A DNA stretch of 64,000 nt from Candidatus Poribacteria bacterium (GTDB lineage: Bacteria; Poribacteria; WGA-4E; PCPOR2b): positions 1,984,001 to 2,048,000 of the forward strand of contig OZ220744.1 of the NCBI GenBank assembly GCA_965116925.1, written 5' to 3'. The notes beneath the pieces are model-generated. The model had not been told where the DNA came from. It did not search any database and was given only the letters and a program-made list of their open reading frames with translations. Positions 29,042 through 39,108 of this stretch are shown one piece after another. The position numbers and the translations under genes were made by a program. Numbering within the stretch: the stretch's first letter is position 1; each line of letters begins with the position of its first letter.

Positions 29042-30664
29042 ATGTCAGATACAAGTAAGATAGGTTGGAACGCTGTCAGCAAGACGGGTGCCGTTGCTGC
29101 AGGTGGTGCTGGTGCTGTTGATGCCGGGATTCAGATCTTGGAAGCAGGCGGTAATGCAGCGGATGCAGCCGCGGGAACGATTCTCGCGCTGAATGTCACA
29201 GACCATATTGCCTGCTCTATCGGCGGTGAGGTGCCAGTGCTTATTTTTGATGCAGAAAAGGGGGAGGTCAAGTCACTTTCAGGTCAGGGACGTGCGCCGC
29301 TTTCACAAGAAGCCATCGATTGGTATATGAAAAACGGCATCCCAGCTGGTGATATGAAGATGGCACCTGTCCCCTCGGTTGTTGATCTGTGCATCACGAT
29401 GCTCCAACAGTATGGAACAAAGTCGTTTGAGGAAATCGTGGCACCGACACTTGCGCTTCTAGACGCTGGCGACGAGGATTGGCATCCCAATCTTGCGGTC
29501 ACGTTACGCCGGATGGTTGAGGAGGAACAGATCACGGACGGAGATCGCAAGACGAAGCTGCAAGCGGCAACCGACCGATTTTATGGACGAAACAAGTATC
29601 GCAACGACATTGCGGAGGAGTTGGAAGCCTTTTATATCAAGAAAGGCGGATTCCTTCGTAGGGAGGATCTTGCCGCCCATACCACGCTAATCGAGGAGCC
29701 CGTGAAGGTGGACTACCGAGGGTATACGGTGTATAAGTGTGGAACATGGACGCAGGGACCTTATCTCTGTCAGGCGTTGCGTCTGCTCGAAGGCTTTGAT
29801 TTGAATGGCATGGGACACTTCTCGGCAGATTATGTCCACGTAGTTACGGAAGCGATCAAGTTAGCGATGGCGGATCGCGACGAATACTACGGCGATCCGG
29901 TCTTTGTGGAGGTCCCGATGGACGGGTTGCTATCCGATGCCTACACTGAGATTCGTCGTCCGTTGATCGATATGCAAAAGGCATCGCTGGAAGCCCGTCC
30001 GGGCGATATAGAAAACATGAAGCCGCTGAAGGAAGGAGGCGCGTTTAGGCCAGGGGTTGGTGGCACGACCACCTGTGTCGTTGCTGATCGCTGGGGTAAT
30101 GTAGTTTCTGCCACGCCTTCTGCCAATGTCTACCGTGAAGAAGGTATGGGTGGATCAACGGGGGTCAGCTTTGGAAACCGCTTGAGAAGTCTCAACACGG
30201 TTCCGGGACACCCAAACTGTATCCAACCCGGAAAACGTCCCCGCATCACACTGACACCCACGCTTGTGCTGAAAGATGGTAGTCCAATTTTGGCGATTAG
30301 CGTCGCTGGCGGCGACTTGCAGGATCAAGCAACCCTGAATCTACTCCTTGATTTTATCGAGTTTGATATGCAACCAGAGGATGCTGTTATTGCGCCACGC
30401 TTCGCTACAGCACATCACGAAGATTCGTTCGATCCAAATCCAAACCGTGAAGAGGCATTCATTCGAGCAGGTGCCTTGACTGTCAGTGATACGGTGGATT
30501 TGAGCGTTCAGCAAGAGTTGATGCGGCGTGGACATCAGCTTGAAGCGCGGTCGGGTGCAATCGCGACGCCTGTAATGCTCTCTATTGACCAAGATAGCGG
30601 CACACTCTATGCTGCCGGCGATCCTGCTGCGAACCGTCATGCGGCTGGGTTAGACGATGAATGA
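29042..30664 (+). CDS. ggt: Gamma-glutamyltransferase family protein
   Basis: GGNAADAA, TT nucleophile (GGTTTC), PGKRP and GGDLQ motifs. Confidence 0.88.
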   Translation: MSDTSKIGWNAVSKTGAVAAGGAGAVDAGIQILEAGGNAADAAAGTILALNVTDHIACSIGGEVPVLIFDAEKGEVKSLSGQGRAPLSQEAIDWYMKNGIPAGDMKMAPVPSVVDLCITMLQQYGTKSFEEIVAPTLALLDAGDEDWHPNLAVTLRRMVEEEQITDGDRKTKLQAATDRFYGRNKYRNDIAEELEAFYIKKGGFLRREDLAAHTTLIEEPVKVDYRGYTVYKCGTWTQGPYLCQALRLLEGFDLNGMGHFSADYVHVVTEAIKLAMADRDEYYGDPVFVEVPMDGLLSDAYTEIRRPLIDMQKASLEARPGDIENMKPLKEGGAFRPGVGGTTTCVVADRWGNVVSATPSANVYREEGMGGSTGVSFGNRLRSLNTVPGHPNCIQPGKRPRITLTPTLVLKDGSPILAISVAGGDLQDQATLNLLLDFIEFDMQPEDAVIAPRFATAHHEDSFDPNPNREEAFIRAGALTVSDTVDLSVQQELMRRGHQLEARSGAIATPVMLSIDQDSGTLYAAGDPAANRHAAGLDDE

Positions 30665-30676
30665 GAGGAAATCGAA

Positions 30677-31660
30677 ATGGCTGAACGACTGACTGTCCTG
30701 TTTTTGCCTCACCCGCTCGGGCCCTCCATGCTTAAACCGGCGAAGGAGGATGTAGTGGCTGCGATCGGGGACCACCACGATTTGCGTATTTTGGATTATG
30801 ACCAACCCATCGCCCCGCAGTTTGATGGAGTTGATGTGGTCATTGATCACGGCGGTTCAGCGGGCACACGAGAGATGGCTGATGCAGCAGCGGGAACGGT
30901 GCGTCTCTGGCAGATTCTTGGAACCGGCTTTGACCACTTTGATTTGGAGTACTGGCACTCGAAGAACCTAGCTGTGGCGAACTGTCCGGGGATTTTCAGT
31001 GCTGTGGCGTTGGCAGAATGTGCGATGATGTTCATCCTCATGCTTGCCCGACAATATCCTGTCACTCAAACCAATCTGAAGCAGGGAGACCTATACAGAC
31101 CGGTAGGAATGGAGCTTGATGGACTGAAGTTAGGGATTATCGGCTTTGGTGCTAGTGGGATAGAACTGGCGCGTCGAGCTGCGCCCTTTGGCTTAAAAAT
31201 GTCTGCGATTGATATCCGCGATGTAGGGTCGGCTGAAGTGGACGAATTCGGCTTGGAATTTGTCGGAAAACCGGAGGATTTGGACGCAGTCATCGCCACG
31301 TCCGATTTTCTATCGCTACATCTACATCTCAACGATGAGACACGCCATATCATTGATGCACGTCGCTTGGGTTTGATGAAATCAACGGCGTTTCTGATCA
31401 ATGTTGCACGGGGAGCATTGGTGGATGAAGCAGCCCTAATCAAAGCACTGGAGTCTGAGCAAATCGGTGGTGCTGGGTTGGATGTGTTCGGGCAGGAGCC
31501 GCCCGATCTCGATTCGGTCATCTTCAGCCTGCCAAACGTGATTGCGACGCCACATATTTCAGGGGGCACGGATGGCACTTCGCGGAAACGGGCGGGGGCG
31601 GCGGCGGGGAATGTTGACAGGATAGCAGCGGGATTAGAGCCGTTGTACCTCATATCTTGA
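30677..31660 (+). CDS. D-isomer-specific 2-hydroxyacid dehydrogenase
   Basis: GIIGFG, INVARG, LDVF..EP and TPH motifs. Confidence 0.9.
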   Translation: MAERLTVLFLPHPLGPSMLKPAKEDVVAAIGDHHDLRILDYDQPIAPQFDGVDVVIDHGGSAGTREMADAAAGTVRLWQILGTGFDHFDLEYWHSKNLAVANCPGIFSAVALAECAMMFILMLARQYPVTQTNLKQGDLYRPVGMELDGLKLGIIGFGASGIELARRAAPFGLKMSAIDIRDVGSAEVDEFGLEFVGKPEDLDAVIATSDFLSLHLHLNDETRHIIDARRLGLMKSTAFLINVARGALVDEAALIKALESEQIGGAGLDVFGQEPPDLDSVIFSLPNVIATPHISGGTDGTSRKRAGAAAGNVDRIAAGLEPLYLIS

Positions 31661-31766
31661 GAAAATTCCTCCATGCGTAATGCGTGCAGGTAAAGAAACC
31701 GAGCTTTTTCGGAAAAACTCGGTTTCTTCCGAGGCACCCCGACGACATGAACCACAAAAGGTTTGA

Positions 31767-33113
31767 ATGTTTACGAGGAACCCAGAAAATCGTATCCTGA
31801 ACAAGCGAATTCTCAGCCTCGCTATCCCCAACATTATCAGCAATTTGTCGGTGCCGATGCTGAGTGCCGTTGACACCGCGCTGATGGGGCGGTTAGAAAA
31901 TGAGCAGTATCTCGGTGCCATCGCCATCGGCGGTATCATCTTCGGGTTCGTGTACTGGGGATTTAGTTTCCTGCGGATGGGTGTCACCGGACTGACAGCA
32001 CAAGCCTATGGTGCAAGAGATTCTGAAGAAAGTACCCTCATCCTGAAGCGGGGAGTGATGGTCGCACTACTGATTGCGCTGCTGCTCCTGCTTCTTCAAC
32101 CGTTAATTGCAGCACTCAGTTTTTATCTAATGGACGCTGGTCCTGAAGTCGAAAAACTTGCGCGTTCCTATTTCCACATCCGCCTCTGTGCTGCGCCAGC
32201 CACCTTAACCCTGCATGTCTTTCACGGCTGGTTTCTGGGTATGCAGAATGCCAAATATCCGATGCTCATCACCATCATGGTGAATCTTCTGAACCTTGCG
32301 TTGAACTTCTTTTTTGTAAAGGTTCTAATGATGACCTCCGACGGTGTTGCCCTTGGAACGGTGATCGCCCAGTATCTTGGGTTGTTATGCACCATTGGCT
32401 TATTTTTGAAGAGATATAGACATCTGTGGGATGGGTGGCATCTAAAAAGGGTGTTACATCTCCCAGCCCTGAAGCACTTTTTCAGAATAGGTGGTGATAT
32501 CTTAATTCGCACGTTTGCCGTGCTTTTCTGCCATGCGTTTTTCACATCAAAGGCTGCGGCGCTGAGTGATACTGCACTTGCCATCAATACCATTCTGTTG
32601 CAGTTTATCCATATCTTGGCGTATGGCATTGACGGTTTTGCTTTTGCGGCGGAAAGCCTAGTTGGCAGATACAAGGGAGCGCGGGAAATAGCTACCTTAA
32701 AACGCGCAGTGCGATATTCGTTCTGGTGGGCACTTATCCTATCGGCGGGCTTCAGCTTGGTTTTTGGCTTGCTTGGGACGCATTTACTGTACCTTTTCAC
32801 GGACAAAACTGATCTACTAGTCGGTGCCCGCCCCTACCTAATCTGGATTGCAATCGCACCGCCCATCAATTCTGTTGCATATATTTGGGATGGGGTTTTT
32901 GTCGGGGCTACTGCCTCTGCCGCTATGCGAAACTCGATGCTAGCTTCGATGGTGGTCTTTCTGTTGGCATATTTCCTGTTGCAAGGATTGGGAAATCATG
33001 GACTTTGGATGACGTTGACGCTGTTTTCGATTGCACGCGGTGCAACGCTGACCTTTTTTGCACCCAAGCACATCTTTTCATTGAGTTTGCCGCAAAAACG
33101 GAAGTTGACATAA
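31767..33113 (+). CDS. MATE family efflux transporter (DinF-like)
   Basis: VDTA.MG.L, FLRMG.TG, about 12 TM segments. Confidence 0.9.
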   Translation: MFTRNPENRILNKRILSLAIPNIISNLSVPMLSAVDTALMGRLENEQYLGAIAIGGIIFGFVYWGFSFLRMGVTGLTAQAYGARDSEESTLILKRGVMVALLIALLLLLLQPLIAALSFYLMDAGPEVEKLARSYFHIRLCAAPATLTLHVFHGWFLGMQNAKYPMLITIMVNLLNLALNFFFVKVLMMTSDGVALGTVIAQYLGLLCTIGLFLKRYRHLWDGWHLKRVLHLPALKHFFRIGGDILIRTFAVLFCHAFFTSKAAALSDTALAINTILLQFIHILAYGIDGFAFAAESLVGRYKGAREIATLKRAVRYSFWWALILSAGFSLVFGLLGTHLLYLFTDKTDLLVGARPYLIWIAIAPPINSVAYIWDGVFVGATASAAMRNSMLASMVVFLLAYFLLQGLGNHGLWMTLTLFSIARGATLTFFAPKHIFSLSLPQKRKLT

Positions 33114-33151
33114 TAGAATAATTCGTATTGAGTAATACGTAAGAGACTATC

Positions 33152-33395
33152 TAGGTTCTGTTGACATTTCATCGTAACCAGACCATCAAGAGGGAGTACA
33201 AACGCACAATCCTTCGTAGGGGTTGGGTCTCCCAACCCTTTGTTCCCACGTCAGAGACCATTTCGGACTTTTGTACCACGATCTGTTAGATTGTGATCTT
33301 AGCCTGCAAACTAACAGTTCGCGCTACTTATGGCAGATTGCCTGATGCTTACAGCGTTTACCGAATGAGCGGCATCAAAATGTCAACACGCCCTA
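33152..33395. mobile_element. MITE family D (TIR TAGG..GTGTTGACATTT) with REP cargo
   Basis: taggttctgttgacattt vs reverse complement tagggcgtgttgacattt (15/18). Contains gtaggggttgggtctcccaaccc. Confidence 0.65.
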
Positions 33396-33528
33396 CAAAA
33401 CTAGTGTCGTTTTGCAAGGACATTTCTTTACGAATCACGTTTTACGTATTATTTTCTTAAAAAAAACAGAATGATCATAAGGACTTGTTACCCTCAAAAT
33501 AACACATAATTTCTGGAGGACATTTACA

Positions 33529-34302
33529 GTGGTATTAAAAGACCGAGTTGCCATTGTCACCGGTGCGAGTTCTGGCATCGGACGAGGCATTGCAGTTGAG
33601 TTTGCTCGTGAGGGAGCTAAGGTCGTTGTTGCCGATGTTCAGGAGGTGCCCAAACGTGGCAAGTACCATGAGCAAGACACAACAACCCCAACGGTTGAGG
33701 AAATTGAGAGACTGGGTGCCCGAGGGTTGTTCGTTCAAACCGATATGTCGGATGACTCGCAGGTCGAACGACTGGTTCAGGAGGCAGTTGCACACTTTGG
33801 TGAGTTGGATATCCTTGTCAACAACGCTGGCATCCATATCCCCGGTACTAGCCAAGAAATTACGATAGCCGATTGGGACAAGGTGGTTGGTGTGAACCTG
33901 CGCGGCATTTTTGTAGCGACTAAACTCGCCATCCCTCACTTGACAAAATCGCAGTATGGGCGTATCATCCAAATCGCTTCTGTTCACGCTTTCGGTGGCG
34001 GAGGGGGTCCCGCTTACGCTTCGGCGAAAGCCGCCCTTGTCAACATGGTGCGTGACACCGCACTGGAGGTCGGAGGATACGGTGTTACCGTCAACGCAAT
34101 CTGCCCCGGCTATATTGAGACCGCCATCCAAGATTACTTGACACCGGAACAGATTCAGGAAGCAAGCGAAAGAACGGCGATGCCACGCTTTGGTTTGCCG
34201 CGAGACATCGGGCGGGCGTCGGTCTTTCTGGCATCGGATGATGCGGAGTGGATCACCGGTGCTTCGTTGCTGGTTGATGGAGGATATGTTGCCGCGCTTT
34301 AG
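33529..34302 (+). CDS. Short-chain dehydrogenase/reductase
   Basis: TGASSGIG, NNAG and YASAK motifs. Confidence 0.92.
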   Translation: MVLKDRVAIVTGASSGIGRGIAVEFAREGAKVVVADVQEVPKRGKYHEQDTTTPTVEEIERLGARGLFVQTDMSDDSQVERLVQEAVAHFGELDILVNNAGIHIPGTSQEITIADWDKVVGVNLRGIFVATKLAIPHLTKSQYGRIIQIASVHAFGGGGGPAYASAKAALVNMVRDTALEVGGYGVTVNAICPGYIETAIQDYLTPEQIQEASERTAMPRFGLPRDIGRASVFLASDDAEWITGASLLVDGGYVAAL

Positions 34303-34303
34303 C

Positions 34304-34371
34304 AGTGCACAGAGAAACCGAGTTTTTTCTTGGAAACTTGGTTTCTGTTATACAATTTCCTGACATGAGCC
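34304..34371. repeat. Partial family C MITE (core palindrome also alone at 31693-31728)
   Basis: agaaaccgag...ttggtttct...catgagcc. Confidence 0.6.
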
Positions 34372-34413
34372 ACACTTTTTATGCCGTAAATCAAACTGAA
34401 AAAGGAGAACTTC

Positions 34414-35487
34414 ATGAGTCAAAAAACGTATCGTGCTGCTGCGATTGGACATACTGGTGCCGGAAACTATGGACACGGACTTCACTTGCCGTTTCAGGAG
34501 TTGGATAACATCGAGTTTGTTGCCATCGCTGATCCAGATGAAGCAGGACGGGGTGAGGAGATGGAAAAGACAGGCGTAGAGCGTGGTTACGCCGATTACC
34601 GTGAAATGTTGGACAAAGAGGAGTTGGACATTGTCAGTGTTGGACCTCGCTGGACGACTGACCACCTTGAGATGCTGTTGGCATGTATCAACGCCGGTTG
34701 CCACATCTACAGTGAAAAACCGATGACCGCAACCCTCGCCGAGGGCGATCAGATTGTGGAAGCGGCAAATCAGACAGGGAAGAAAGTCGCTGTTGCACAT
34801 CAAGCAGTCTATCTGCCCTCAATCCAAGCGGTCAAAGGGATGCTGCACGACGGAACGATCGGAACAGTTCAAGCGATTCACGCACACGGCAAACAGGATC
34901 GGCGCGGCGGTGGTGAAGATATGATTGTGCTCGGCACGCACCTTTTCAATATGATGCGCTTTTTCGTCGGAGATGTTGCATGGATGCAGGCGCATGTCAC
35001 CGAAAATGGGAAAGAGGTCACAATTGACGATGCACGTGATGCGACCGAGCCTGTGGGCCTTATCGCTGGCGATTGCGTCAACAGTTACTTCGCTTTTGAG
35101 AGCGGTGTGTCTGGATTGTTTGATTCCCGCAAACACGAAGTAAGCGGTGATTACTACGGAATGGAGATTATCGGCGACGAAGGCAGGATATCTATGCGCG
35201 GCGGCGGCGGGGACAATCTAGTTATCTATCCGCATCCGTGCTGGTCCCCGGCTGATACCTCTCAGAAATGGGAAACGATGGAGGTTGATGACACACCTTT
35301 TTCTAGCGGTAATAACCTTGCAGTCATCGATCTGATTGATGCGATTGAAAATGATCGCAAGCCGATTTCCGCTGCGGAAGATGCGGTTGCAGCGTTGGAG
35401 ATGATTCTCGGTGCCTACGAATCGCAACTTACAGGAGAGCGTGTTTCGTTCCCTATTGCCAATAGGAAGCATCCGCTTAAAGGATAA
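34414..35487 (+). CDS. Gfo/Idh/MocA oxidoreductase
   Basis: YADYREML, SEKPM and LGTH motifs. Confidence 0.88.
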   Translation: MSQKTYRAAAIGHTGAGNYGHGLHLPFQELDNIEFVAIADPDEAGRGEEMEKTGVERGYADYREMLDKEELDIVSVGPRWTTDHLEMLLACINAGCHIYSEKPMTATLAEGDQIVEAANQTGKKVAVAHQAVYLPSIQAVKGMLHDGTIGTVQAIHAHGKQDRRGGGEDMIVLGTHLFNMMRFFVGDVAWMQAHVTENGKEVTIDDARDATEPVGLIAGDCVNSYFAFESGVSGLFDSRKHEVSGDYYGMEIIGDEGRISMRGGGGDNLVIYPHPCWSPADTSQKWETMEVDDTPFSSGNNLAVIDLIDAIENDRKPISAAEDAVAALEMILGAYESQLTGERVSFPIANRKHPLKG

Positions 35488-35491
35488 TCGC

Positions 35492-35785
35492 TAAGAAACC
35501 GCGCTATTGGCAAACTATCCGAATCCATTTAACCCGGAGACATGGATACCGTATCAATTAGCGGAGTCAGCAGAGGTCACACTGACAATTTACGATATGA
35601 ATGGGGAGATGGTTCGACGATTGGCGGTAGGACATCAAGCAGCAGGTATGTATCAGAGTCGCAGCCGTGCAGCCTATTGGGACGGACGGAATCAAATCGG
35701 TGAGTCTGTCGCCAGTGGTCTCTATTTTTACACCCTGACGGCAGGAGAGTTCACAGCGACGCGCCGGCTGCTGATACTCAAATAG
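35492..35785 (+). pseudogene. Orphan C-terminal FlgD-Ig/T9SS-like sorting domain fragment
   Basis: ETALLANYPNPFNPETWIPYQL...WDGRN.GESVASGLYFY...LILK. No good start or RBS. An in-frame TAA directly precedes it. Confidence 0.7.
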
Positions 35786-36001
35786 TATCAAATGACCCGA
35801 TGATGGTTGGAATAGTGATGTTTATTGCCTTACAGTCATCAGACATGAGCGGTTCGGGTGGATTGAGCGAGCTCATCCTTATCCTCAGAAGCGAGGTAGG
35901 TTAGAATGACCAGCTTCATGTGAGTTGTGACGATAGACTTTCCTTTTTTCGGATATTCATCAGTTGTCCATAACTGAGCATGAGTTGATAAGGTGCTAGG
36001 G

Positions 36002-36327
36002 ATGAACATTCACGACAGCGGATATAAGAAACTATTCTCAAAGAGGTGAAGACGATGTTAGTCACAGCATTAGAGCAGGAGAGGCAGCGTTTTTTTCAAA
36101 ACGGTTTGCGTGAGGGTGAGCAGAAAGGCAAGCAGGAAGGGCTGCTTGAAGGTGAGCAGGCAGGCAAGCAGGAAGGGCTGCTTGAAGGTGAGCAGAAAGG
36201 GAGGATTGAAACGGCAAAGGCAATGCTTGCTAAGGGAATGGAGATGACGCTCATTTCTGAAATCACAAACCTGTCAGAAGCACAACTTTTGGAGTTGAGA
36301 GATTCACTTTTCTCGATAAAAAATTGA
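36002..36327 (+). pseudogene. Rpn-family (recombination-promoting nuclease) gene with internal deletion; C-terminal ORF 36055-36327 intact
   Basis: 36002-36049 reads MNIHDSGYKKLFSKR*. A second frame encodes EGEQKGKQEGLL repeats and the AKAMLAKGM...ISEITNLS tail. Confidence 0.75.
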
Positions 36328-36802
36328 AAACAGTGTTAATCACCACTTTCAACGTTGCTTTGGGTCGTGAGACGGTGCACAGCTTCCTGTCTATCATATC
36401 AGAAAACAGTCTTTACCGCTCCCAAACACGGAAGCCAATCAGTACGGCTTGAACACCTTTGTTTGGGCAATAAATCTAAGCAATTCTGTACTTTCTTTCA
36501 ACATGAACCTTTCGTTTAACTCGTGGGGTCATTTGATACAAACTATAAGTAAAATTGATTCATTGGTGCGTTCAACGGATGAACCTTCACGCATCACGTT
36601 TCAGATACACATATCGCCCCACCTCAATTTTATCGGGATTGCTTTGGATCCTGAAGTGTAGCGGAACATATAGGGGATTTTCGGGGCAAGAATCCGTGTA
36701 ATCCGCTCAATCCGCCGAATCCGCGATTCAGATGGCTTTGCAGCCCGACACAACATCGGGGCAATACAGATGCGATTGCCCTAATGTGGATTGTGTTTGA
36801 TA

Positions 36803-36831
36803 TTGACGTAACTCGTTTTTCGTGTTAGAAT
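36803..36831 (+). promoter_or_regulatory. Putative sigma70 promoter of the nfeD-floA operon
   Basis: TTGACG-17 bp-TAGAAT. Confidence 0.6.
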
Positions 36832-36937
36832 GAGAAGGTAGACCATCCCGTAGCTAAGTTATTGTGTTGCCTCACAAAATTGCATGGCTTGTAAACCATC
36901 TGAATGCTTTAGTGGTTTCTCCAAAGGGGTACAACCT

Positions 36938-38455
36938 ATGAAATCCAAAAGACGCATTTTCAGCGTTGTGTTGATACTACTTGGCAGCCTGTCTTGGTTG
37001 GCAGCCGTATCGTCGGATGACGCGCTTGTGTACGTTATTAATATACGGAATGAGATCGGGAACGGACTTCGCGTGTATATTGACAACGGGATTAAGCGGG
37101 CATCGGAGGCGAACGCGGACGCAATTATTTTTGATGTTCATACACCCGGAGGTGCTGTCGGTGCCGCGCGAGATATTATTGATGCAATCCAACGCACAGA
37201 GCTTCCGACGATTGCTTACGTCAACACGGAAGCGATCTCCGCCGGGGCAATGATTTCCTTGTCGTGTGACCAGATTATCATGAGGAACGGCGGTGCCATT
37301 GGAGATTCCGCGCCAGTCTCAATTCAAGGGGAAGAACTGAATGAAAAGGCGGTTTCTTTTATCCGTGGCAAGATTCGTGCAACAGCGGAACGGAGTGGCA
37401 GAAACCCTGACATCGCCGCTGCTATGGTAGACAAACGACTCTATCTCGTTAGACTCATGGATGGCGAAATTGTTACGCTCAGAGAGGAAGAGTATATCGA
37501 ACGGAAGGACCTTGGGGAGGAGATGGACATTATCGCCGCTGGGGGACCTGAGGGAGAGCTCCTAACCTTAACGACTGAAGAAGCGTTGGAGTATAATCTG
37601 GTGGATGGCGAAGCAGATTCCGTTGAGGATCTATTGGGCTTGTATCAGATTGTCGAAGTCAATGGGGAGCGCAAAGCCTTGACGGTAGAGGGAATCGCGC
37701 AGAAGCAGATGGAGTTTGGTAATGATAATGTTAGAGTAATTAAGTCCCTAAAAGACGCAACACAGGAAACCGTTTTGGTTACTGTGGCAGACCGGTTTGT
37801 CTTCTTCGTTACCAGCCCACTTATTAGCGGGCTACTGCTTACATTGGGCGGACTCGGACTATTTGTGGAAATTCGGACGCCCGGCTTTGGTGTTCCGGGG
37901 ATCGCTGGACTTATCTGCCTCGGGCTGTTTTTCTGGGGTCACAGGCTCCTGAATATTAGTGCGGATTATGCAGCACTCGCATTCATCGTTGGCGTGGCAC
38001 TACTTCTGGTAGAGTTGTTTGTTATACCGGGGTTTGGCATCGCAGGTATCGCTGGCATTGGACTGATGTTGGGCAGCGTCTTTTTTGTATTCCGAAGTGC
38101 TTATAAATTCGAGACCGCAATGTTTACAATGTCATCCGCGATTATCCTTGCCTTCGTGCTTGCAATTGGGCTTTCTTACCTGCTGCCCAAAACCCGCGCA
38201 TGGAATCATCTCGTCTTGAGCACCGCCATGGATTCGGGCTCGGGGTTTCATTCCGCACCACGGGAAGATTTTCAGGTATACGTGGGTAAGACAGGGGTCG
38301 CGCTTACACCATTACGTCCTGCCGGTACGGTTCGTGTTGACGACACACGACTCGATGTAGTCACTGCCGGAGATTTTATCGTGCGCGACACGCCTGTGAA
38401 GATCATCAATGTCGAAGGCTCGAAAATATTCGTCGAAGCGATTGATGAAACATAG
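36938..38455 (+). CDS. nfeD: Long NfeD (ClpP-like serine protease + TM + OB fold)
   Basis: HTPGG, AISAGA, LLTLT and TPLRPAG motifs. Confidence 0.9.
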   Translation: MKSKRRIFSVVLILLGSLSWLAAVSSDDALVYVINIRNEIGNGLRVYIDNGIKRASEANADAIIFDVHTPGGAVGAARDIIDAIQRTELPTIAYVNTEAISAGAMISLSCDQIIMRNGGAIGDSAPVSIQGEELNEKAVSFIRGKIRATAERSGRNPDIAAAMVDKRLYLVRLMDGEIVTLREEEYIERKDLGEEMDIIAAGGPEGELLTLTTEEALEYNLVDGEADSVEDLLGLYQIVEVNGERKALTVEGIAQKQMEFGNDNVRVIKSLKDATQETVLVTVADRFVFFVTSPLISGLLLTLGGLGLFVEIRTPGFGVPGIAGLICLGLFFWGHRLLNISADYAALAFIVGVALLLVELFVIPGFGIAGIAGIGLMLGSVFFVFRSAYKFETAMFTMSSAIILAFVLAIGLSYLLPKTRAWNHLVLSTAMDSGSGFHSAPREDFQVYVGKTGVALTPLRPAGTVRVDDTRLDVVTAGDFIVRDTPVKIINVEGSKIFVEAIDET

Positions 38456-38471
38456 GGTATTACCTAATCCC

Positions 38472-38954
38472 ATGTCATGGTTTCTAATCTTTCTTATCGG
38501 CCTAGGGGTTCTACTGCTTTTCATTGAGATTGCTTTGCTGCCCGGCTTTGGAGCGGCGGGTATCCCTGGATTAGTGCTAATTGTCGGAGGTGTCGGGCTC
38601 GCGTGGGTGCAGTTTGGATTGAGAACCGGGTTAATTTTTGCGAGTGCTACGGTTGCGTTGACCATTCCACTGACGATTCTGGCACTTTGGCTTTTCCGAC
38701 GTACCAGGCTTGGATCGGCATTTATCCTCAATATCGCCGCCAATCGTGCGGATGGGTTTCAAGCACCACCCCAAGAATTAGTCAACTTGGTCGGTAAATC
38801 GGGCCAATCGATCACTCCCCTACGCCCTGCCGGTACTGCGTTGATTAACGATCAGCGGGTTGATGTCGTTACACTCGGTGATTTCATAGATGCCGAGATT
38901 GAAATTGAAGTGATTCTCGTTGAAGGAAATCGTGTTGTCGTTCGGAGTTTGTAA
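38472..38954 (+). CDS. Short NfeD family protein
   Basis: EI.LLPGFG, TM helices, TPLRPAG OB fold. Confidence 0.85.
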   Translation: MSWFLIFLIGLGVLLLFIEIALLPGFGAAGIPGLVLIVGGVGLAWVQFGLRTGLIFASATVALTIPLTILALWLFRRTRLGSAFILNIAANRADGFQAPPQELVNLVGKSGQSITPLRPAGTALINDQRVDVVTLGDFIDAEIEIEVILVEGNRVVVRSL

Positions 38955-38966
38955 AAATAGATAGGT

Positions 38967-39080
38967 TAGGACTTACGCAGTTGGCTGTAGGCGGGGCATC
39001 TGGTTTCCCTGCACTGACGCAACCGGCTGTAGGCGGGGCATCTTGCCCCGCTCCCCTTATGCTGAAATGCGTAAGTCCTG
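38967..39080. mobile_element. MITE family B
   Basis: taggacttacgca...tgcgtaagtcctg with 5-bp repeat taggt. Cargo is two gtaggcggggcatc units. Confidence 0.8.
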
Positions 39081-39108
39081 TAGGTAAGATAAAAAAAGGA
39101 GGTCAAGA

